A stretch of 11,617 bases of DNA from Fidelibacterota bacterium. Its GTDB lineage: Bacteria > Fidelibacterota > Marinisomatia > Marinisomatales > TCS56. The stretch covers positions 1 to 11,617 of the forward strand of contig JBDRBK010000027.1 of the NCBI GenBank assembly GCA_043822705.1. Direction: 5' to 3'. Shown here in pieces: positions 1-5,361 of this stretch. The translations under genes and the position numbers were made by a program. The notes beneath the pieces are model-generated. The model searched no databases, was not told the DNA's origin, and saw only the letters and a program-made list of their open reading frames with translations. Within the stretch, counting starts at the first letter, position 1. Each line of letters starts with the position of its first letter.

Positions 1-963
1 GATCAACTTGGCGCTCCGGCCGGAGTCCGGGGATTCCCCATCCCGGGCATCAAAGGCATCCTTGGTGTTGGTGAGCAGATTGACAAACACCTGGTCCAGG
101 GCCACCGGGTTGACCCAGAGTTTGGGCAGATCGGCGGCAACCGTCAATTCCACGGCGATATCGCGTTGATCGAGATCATAACTCATTAAACGCAGGGCCC
201 CGGTCACGCACCGCTTCAAATCCACCAGACCGTGAACTTCATCCTGAGTCCGCTGGGCAAATGACCGGATACCGTGGATCGTGCCGGACATGCGTCCGAT
301 AAATTCCATTATATCCGCCAGATTCTGCTCCAGTCGATCAGGATCAAGCCGACCACCGCTCACCTGCGATTGGGTCAATTCGGTCACCAGTTTTAGGGAG
401 GACAGCGGTTGCCCCAGCTCGTGTACCAGTCCCACCAGCAGCTCGCCCAGCGACCGCAGGCGGTCCTGCGAGATGGCCATCAGTTGCTGCTTGAACAGTT
501 TCTGCTCGAGGATTTTAATGCCGGAAATATCCTTGGCGCTGACAATAATCGAATTCAGCGTATCGTCAAAATTTTTCACGACGCTGAAACTGACGTAAAC
601 CGGCACCTGGACCAGTTTGTAAACCAGGATCGCCTCCAGATCCTGAAATTGCCCCTGCCGTAACGCCTGCATCAGGCGCGGCCGGTTGCGCAGCGGGTGC
701 CCCGCCGGCGGATCGATTATCAGTTCATCGATAAACTTATCGGTCAGATTGACCTTGGATACCCGCAGCAGTTTGAGGGCGGTCTGGTTGGCGTCCTTGA
801 TCTTGCCGGATGGGTCCAGCAGAAAAATCGCGTCAGAAATATTTTCGAGGATCGTGCTGGCATACTCGCGGATGGTCGGGAGCTGCGTCAACCGCAGGAC
901 CCGGTAATCCTCGGGCGGTGGCGGGGCTTCGATCTGACCATGGGATTTCAAGGCTGATTCCAT
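1..963 (-). CDS. PAS-domain sensor histidine kinase (NtrB/FleS-like, cytoplasmic), 3'-truncated by the window edge
   Basis: Manual translation from ATG at 963 gives 321 uninterrupted codons to position 1. It starts MESALKSHGQ and contains a PAS segment (YASTILENISDAIFLLDPSGKIKDANQTALKLL to SIIVSAKDIS), an H-box (RLRSLGELLVGLVHELGQPL, His codon at 421-423) and an N-box (LDQVFVNLLTNTKDAF). No TM segment is seen. It is absent from the ORF track because its stop lies outside the window. Confidence 0.93.
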   Translation of the reverse strand, partial: MESALKSHGQIEAPPPPEDYRVLRLTQLPTIREYASTILENISDAIFLLDPSGKIKDANQTALKLLRVSKVNLTDKFIDELIIDPPAGHPLRNRPRLMQALRQGQFQDLEAILVYKLVQVPVYVSFSVVKNFDDTLNSIIVSAKDISGIKILEQKLFKQQLMAISQDRLRSLGELLVGLVHELGQPLSSLKLVTELTQSQVSGGRLDPDRLEQNLADIMEFIGRMSGTIHGIRSFAQRTQDEVHGLVDLKRCVTGALRLMSYDLDQRDIAVELTVAADLPKLWVNPVALDQVFVNLLTNTKDAFDARDGESPDSGRSAKLI

Positions 964-964
964 T

Positions 965-1303
965 CTAGAAAACAATGATACTCACATCGCCGCCCGCGCC
1001 CGACCGGGCGGCTTTTCCGGCCCGGTTGTGACCGGCGGGTTGCAGCACCAGTTCGAACTCCGGCTGGACTTTTTTCACTACCAGTTCGATTTCATCGAAC
1101 CGTTGAAATGAATAATGGGATTGGGTTAATACATTATAGCCCCAGATTCGCAGAATATATTTATCGTCGCCCAGACAATCCACGATCCGGCCGTTTAAAA
1201 CCATACCCGGTTCCAGTCGTTTCAACAGGTCGTTCAAATCGCCGTCGACCGAAATCAGTTTTTCATCTATTGTTTTGGGAAGCGGCATGCCGGTACCAAT
1301 CAA
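965..1303 (-). CDS. Hypothetical small beta-rich protein (OB-fold-like; resembles the N-terminal domain of some FliK-family proteins)
   Basis: 112-aa ORF. The TTG start overlaps the upstream TGA (TTGA); an alternative ATG is at 1288. The stop lies 1 nt before the kinase ATG. The pattern LEPGMVLNGRIVD..DKYILRIWGYNVLTQS...IELVVKKVQPEFELVL shows alternating beta strands. The fold is inferred. Confidence 0.75.
   Translation of the reverse strand: MIGTGMPLPKTIDEKLISVDGDLNDLLKRLEPGMVLNGRIVDCLGDDKYILRIWGYNVLTQSHYSFQRFDEIELVVKKVQPEFELVLQPAGHNRAGKAARSGAGGDVSIIVF
989..1016 (+). terminator. GC-rich hairpin plus T-tract; intrinsic-terminator-like on the + (antisense) strand
   Basis: GCCGCCCG (989-996), 8-nt loop, CGGGCGGC (1005-1012), then TTTT (1013-1016). 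It lies inside a CDS, so it may be coincidental. Confidence 0.25.
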
Positions 1304-2106
1304 ACCTTCTTAACATTCAGTTTCAGTTCCGCTTCGTCGTAACTGATTTTTTCGGCGGCCATGATCGCACGCACTTGTTTTTCCCGTTCCTTGGAATCGG
1401 CTCCGGTTTTCTTGCCTTCGGTTTTTTTCCGTTTACGGCTGCGCAGCGCTTTAATAATGATGACATTCAGCACGATAATCAGGAACACTCCGAAGGCCAC
1501 CGATGAATAGAGCAGCGCCTGCATCAGCATTTCATTCCGGACTTCCTGCGACACGTTGACCGCCAGTCCCTCCTGTCGCAGGTCGTCGGCCAGTTGACTC
1601 ATCTGGGCGATATGCAGGCTGTCGCTGCTGCCCCAGATTTTCTGACTGAACAGGATTTCCCGGTCGCCGGCTATTTCGCCGATATTGATTTTGCCGGTGT
1701 AAATATCGAAAACGAAAAAATTACGGTTGGACAGCCGGTGGCTGACGATCTGGGTCAGGCGTTTCAAATCACCTTCGATCAGCAGCGTTTCCTCATCCTG
1801 GTTCACGACTTCGATCCGCAGACTGTCAATACCGCCTTCGAAACGAGTCCGATCGCCGACAAACTGTAGCGGTATTTTTGATTTCAACCGGATTTTGAAT
1901 TCCGTCTCGACCGTATCGATCCAGACCCGCGGATAGATATCGTACTGGGCATCCACATCGTTGACCGCCGAAATTATCAGGCGCCAGTACTGTTCGAATT
2001 CACCTGACAGCATTACGAAGCGGATCGGTTCCTTGACCACATCGGCGCGGACCAGACCGCCCAGCAGTTGCAGCAGAATGATTATTCCGGTAAAGCGTTT
2101 AGACAT
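1300..2106 (-). CDS. Hypothetical exported single-pass membrane protein (signal peptide, extracytoplasmic domain, C-proximal TM, short cytoplasmic helical tail)
   Basis: The ORF track gives 1300..2160. The ATG at 2106 (MSKRFTGIIILLQLLGGLVRA-DVV) gives a signal-peptide-like N-terminus and only an 8-nt overlap with the upstream gene, for 268 aa. The TM segment ALLYSSVAFGVFLIIVLNVIII is followed by the basic stretch KALRSRKRKK. Confidence 0.8.
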   Translation of the reverse strand: MSKRFTGIIILLQLLGGLVRADVVKEPIRFVMLSGEFEQYWRLIISAVNDVDAQYDIYPRVWIDTVETEFKIRLKSKIPLQFVGDRTRFEGGIDSLRIEVVNQDEETLLIEGDLKRLTQIVSHRLSNRNFFVFDIYTGKINIGEIAGDREILFSQKIWGSSDSLHIAQMSQLADDLRQEGLAVNVSQEVRNEMLMQALLYSSVAFGVFLIIVLNVIIIKALRSRKRKKTEGKKTGADSKEREKQVRAIMAAEKISYDEAELKLNVKKV

Positions 2107-2350
2107 GGAAATCAATTTTCCCCACGGACAACTCCAGGATGTCGGTTCTATACTGTTCATCGTCGTTATTTTCTTCCCGGGAATTCTCCAACGCCGCTTT
2201 CGACAGCACGACCTGGTCGGTGGCAGGCTTGGATTTCGGTTGTTTTTCCCGGCGCTCGCGGGCGGTGGGCTGGCGGTTGACGCCCTCCACCGGTTTGATC
2301 AAGCCCAGATTATAGACGCCCTGGGTATCAATATTATCGTTGAGTGCCAT
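2099..2350 (-). CDS. Hypothetical small, charged, probably disordered flagellar-region protein
   Basis: 83-aa ORF starting 10 nt after the fliA stop, with a GAGGT Shine-Dalgarno 7 nt upstream. It contains DQVVLSKAA and ends in GKIDFHV. Confidence 0.78.
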   Translation of the reverse strand: MALNDNIDTQGVYNLGLIKPVEGVNRQPTARERREKQPKSKPATDQVVLSKAALENSREENNDDEQYRTDILELSVGKIDFHV

Positions 2351-2357
2351 GGTTTTT

Positions 2358-2362
2358 ACCTC
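2358..2362 (-). promoter_or_regulatory. Shine-Dalgarno (GAGGT) for the 83-aa gene, overlapping the fliA stop codon
   Basis: The minus strand reads CTGTGAGGTAAAAACCATG, with a 7-nt spacer to the ATG at 2350. Confidence 0.65.
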
Positions 2363-3104
2363 ACAGTTTCAAACGGCCTCGAATCTTCACCAGCGTTTCA
2401 TTAAGGATTTGCGAGATTCGTGATTCCGAAACACCCAGCACCTGGCCGATATCGCTGAGCGTTAATTCCTCATAATAATAGAGCGCCAGGATCAGACGCT
2501 GCTTTTCCGGTAATTTGACAATGATCTGTTTCAACTCGGCTTTCAGGCTTTCTTCCGCCAGTTGTTCATCGGGCGATAGTTGGTTCTGATCCGGGATAAT
2601 ATCCAGGTTGCCGGCCTGACTGGTGTTGTCATTACCGTCGGACATCATCAGCGAGATCGAGTAATTCAACTGGGCATTCTGGATGATCGAATAGTATTCT
2701 TCTTCGGCAATATTGAGATGTTCACAGATTTCCGACAGGGCCGGTTCACGCTGCAGGGCAATCGTCAGGCTGCGCTCGGCCGTTTCGATTTTCTTGACCA
2801 GATCCAGTTGCGCCCGGCTGAGGTAACCATGCTGGCGCACGGCATCGATAATTTCCCCGTAAATCCGCTTGTAGGCGAAGGTCTTGAACTGGGTACCCAT
2901 TTCCGGCCGGTACCGTTTCAGGGCATCCAGCAACCCGAGGATGCCGAACTGGTAGAAATCACTCTTGCTGAGCGTCTCGGAAGGCGGAATATTCAGGCGG
3001 TTGACAATATGCCGCACCAGCGGCAGGAAGGCCTGCACGGCCTGGTCGCGCACCATTTCATTGCCGGAGACCAGATATTGTCGGACTAATGTTTCACCAT
3101 TCAT
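2361..3104 (-). CDS. fliA: RNA polymerase sigma-28 factor, FliA/WhiG family
   Basis: 247 aa. Region 2: FLPLVRHIV..GILGLLDALKRY..FKTFAYKRIYGEIIDAVR. Region 3: LQREPALSEICEHL. Region 4: LPEKQRLILALYYYEELTLSDIGQVLGVSESRISQI. Located after flhF-flhG. Confidence 0.93.
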   Translation of the reverse strand: MNGETLVRQYLVSGNEMVRDQAVQAFLPLVRHIVNRLNIPPSETLSKSDFYQFGILGLLDALKRYRPEMGTQFKTFAYKRIYGEIIDAVRQHGYLSRAQLDLVKKIETAERSLTIALQREPALSEICEHLNIAEEEYYSIIQNAQLNYSISLMMSDGNDNTSQAGNLDIIPDQNQLSPDEQLAEESLKAELKQIIVKLPEKQRLILALYYYEELTLSDIGQVLGVSESRISQILNETLVKIRGRLKL

Positions 3105-3127
3105 AGCTATTCCGTCGGTTTGTTCGG

Positions 3128-3337
3128 TTAATTAATATTTCTCCCGGATTGCCAGCGCACTGTAATCGCCATCCCCAGCCGAATGAATTTGCCGATGACA
3201 AATACGGCCAGCAGGACGCCGATATAAACCGCCGCACTGCGGACGATACTGGTGTACAGGGTCTTGCCGCTGATAACCAGCAACAACAGTGCTACGAAGG
3301 CAATCAGAAAGGCCAGTTTATAGAGTGTCTTGGTCAT
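3128..3337 (-). CDS. Small hypothetical membrane protein (two TM helices)
   Basis: 69 aa with an ATGA overlap with the flhG stop. Hydrophobic segments are LAFLIAFVALLLLVIS and AAVYIGVLLAVFVIG. It fills the flhG-fliA gap. Confidence 0.78.
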   Translation of the reverse strand: MTKTLYKLAFLIAFVALLLLVISGKTLYTSIVRSAAVYIGVLLAVFVIGKFIRLGMAITVRWQSGRNIN

Positions 3338-4215
3338 TTCTGAGTGTCGATTTTATGTTGACGGTTGGTTTTCAACCGGGTGAACAGATTGAAATTCTGG
3401 GCACCGAGTTCCACCGGAGTATGTTCGATATTCTTTATGATGGCCAGTAATTCGACCGTCGTCGCGGAGCGGGGATTACTCAGGACGAACGGCTGCTGGG
3501 TGCGTACCGATTCGCGAATCTGCGGACTAAACTGAATAGTTCCGCCGTAGCGAATCGAATCTTTCAGAAATTTGTTCACGATCAGATTCATCTTGTTGAA
3601 CAGCATACCGCCTTCTTCGGCCGTAGCGGTGGAATTGGCCACCAGCAGCAGCGGTACATTCGAGCCGGTCTGCTTGACAACCTTAATGACGGCATAGGCA
3701 TCGGTAATCGAGGCCGGGTCCGGGGTCACGGCCACTACCGCCTTATCGGCCGCCAGCACAAAGGACAGGACATCCCGCCCGATGCCTGAGCCGGTGTCCA
3801 CCACCACCACATCATAATTATGTTCAAATTTTTCAAACGCCAGCGCCAGGTCTTTCAATACATGATCCTGCATTTCCAGCAGCCGAATCTCGGCTGACGA
3901 GGCCGGCAGGATATCGATGTCGCCGGGTCCGTTGACAATCGCCGCCGCTAATTCCATTTTCTTCAGCAGCACATCGGCAATGCTGTAGGGCGGACTGATA
4001 CCCAGCAGCAGGTCCACATTGCCGAGATGGAAATCGGCGTCGATCAATAAAACCTTTTTCCCGGCGCGCCGCCAGAGCAGGGACAGATTGACGCTTAAAA
4101 AAGTCTTGCCGACACCACCCTTGCCGCTGGTCACGACAACAATTTCGGGCCGTTTCACCCGTCCGGTATTTTTCGCACTGGTCATCAGATCGCTATAAGT
4201 GTCGCTGCGGTCCAT
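3334..4215 (-). CDS. flhG: Flagellar number regulator, MinD-like ATPase FlhG/FleN
   Basis: 293 aa. Deviant Walker A SGKGGVGKT, plus LLIDAD, VVVDTGSG and VTPDPASITDAYAVIK. C-terminal amphipathic FNLFTRLK. Directly follows flhF. Confidence 0.94.
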   Translation of the reverse strand: MDRSDTYSDLMTSAKNTGRVKRPEIVVVTSGKGGVGKTFLSVNLSLLWRRAGKKVLLIDADFHLGNVDLLLGISPPYSIADVLLKKMELAAAIVNGPGDIDILPASSAEIRLLEMQDHVLKDLALAFEKFEHNYDVVVVDTGSGIGRDVLSFVLAADKAVVAVTPDPASITDAYAVIKVVKQTGSNVPLLLVANSTATAEEGGMLFNKMNLIVNKFLKDSIRYGGTIQFSPQIRESVRTQQPFVLSNPRSATTVELLAIIKNIEHTPVELGAQNFNLFTRLKTNRQHKIDTQK

Positions 4216-4218
4216 GGC

Positions 4219-5361
4219 TCAGAGTTCCCCAATTGCAGTCATGATGGAATTGGTCAGAGCTTCGGCATCGACGGTCATTATATCCCGGGGCACCGACTGT
4301 CCGCCGGTCAGATAACGCAACGGCAGGCTGGTATCATCCAGGATCGACAAAATTTTCCCCGGCCGGCCGGTCTCATCCATTTTCGTCAAAATCAAGCCGG
4401 TCGGTCCCAGACTGGAATAGAGTCCGGTGGAGAGCAGAATATCATCGACACCGGCCGTCATTCCGAGGGTCAGCAGGACCGCCGTCGGCTGCAGCAGTTC
4501 GCGGTACTCGCGCAGCTCCTTCAGGTAATTCGGGAAGCGCGGGCTCCGGCCGGGTGTATCGATCAGCAGAACCTCAAATTCAGCCAGGGCGCCCAGTCCG
4601 GCGGCGACTTCCAACGGATTATTCGACTCGATAATCGGAATTTTGGCGATCTTCGAAAAAGCTTTCAGGGGCGCCGTCGCTGCGACCCGGTAGGTATCGG
4701 TGGTCAGAATGGCCGTTTTACGCTGGCCGTAGCGGTCACCGGCCGCCAGTTTCATGATGGTTGTGGTCTTGCCGACGCCGGTGGGTCCGACGATCATGAT
4801 CCGCTCGGGGCCCGTGGCTGGTTCCGGCTCCGGCTGCCGCGATTCCAGAAAATTCAGGATTTCCGTTGCCACCTTGACCAGCACTATGTCAGTGGCGGCC
4901 GGCTCGTCGGGACTGCTTTTCAGATAGGTTTGGCGAATGAACCGTTCCGCCAGGTTCGCCCCGATGCCTACTTCCACCAGCCGGTCGAAAACCCGGTCAA
5001 ACGGTTGCGGAAAATCCGCTCCGGTAAAGGACCGCAGCCGACGGTTCAGCCGGTGCAGATCGGCCTGCAGACTGGAAATCTGATCCAGTACCTGCTGGTC
5101 CGCCGCTGCCGTTGTCGCTGGGTTGCCCACCTGGTAGTACAATTTTTCAAAGGGATTCTGAGCCGCCGGCTGGCGCTGCGGTGGTGCCGGCGGGGTGGTA
5201 TCGACTGCCACGGTTACCTGCATCAATTCCTCGCTTCGGCCGTTTTTCCCATTGCGTTTCAGTTCCTTCGATTCCAGCAGTACAAAATCGTCGCCCAACT
5301 CTTCCTTGGCCCGGTCCAGGGCCTCCCGCATCGTGGCGCCGCTATAATTCTTAAGCTTCAT
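4219..5361 (-). CDS. flhF: Flagellar biosynthesis SRP-family GTPase FlhF
   Basis: 380 aa. N-terminus MKLKNYSGATMREALDRAKEELGDD. Motifs: G1 GPTGVGKTTT, DTYR, G3 DTPG, G4 TKMDET, GQSVP. Lies between flhA and flhG. Confidence 0.95.
   Translation of the reverse strand: MKLKNYSGATMREALDRAKEELGDDFVLLESKELKRNGKNGRSEELMQVTVAVDTTPPAPPQRQPAAQNPFEKLYYQVGNPATTAAADQQVLDQISSLQADLHRLNRRLRSFTGADFPQPFDRVFDRLVEVGIGANLAERFIRQTYLKSSPDEPAATDIVLVKVATEILNFLESRQPEPEPATGPERIMIVGPTGVGKTTTIMKLAAGDRYGQRKTAILTTDTYRVAATAPLKAFSKIAKIPIIESNNPLEVAAGLGALAEFEVLLIDTPGRSPRFPNYLKELREYRELLQPTAVLLTLGMTAGVDDILLSTGLYSSLGPTGLILTKMDETGRPGKILSILDDTSLPLRYLTGGQSVPRDIMTVDAEALTNSIMTAIGEL

Noticed and set aside
281..957. Plus-strand ORFs 281..598, 409..663, 686..907 and 697..957
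   Set aside because: They are antisense to the histidine kinase frame, which has clear PAS, H-box and N-box motifs.
2107..2160. ORF-track N-terminal extension of the 286-aa ORF (MNSIEPTSWSCPWGKLIS)
   Set aside because: It overlaps the 83-aa gene and would mask the signal peptide. ATG at 2106 is the better start.
2099..2350. Naming the 83-aa gene flgM
   Set aside because: Only the N-terminal-type motif is present and the conserved sigma-28-binding C-terminal helices are absent, so no symbol is assigned.
3743..3750. Perfect sigma-28 -10 element GCCGATAA on the minus strand inside flhG
   Set aside because: There is no TAAA-like -35 element at 15-nt spacing (it reads CCTG), and the match is explained by Ala-Asp-Lys codons.
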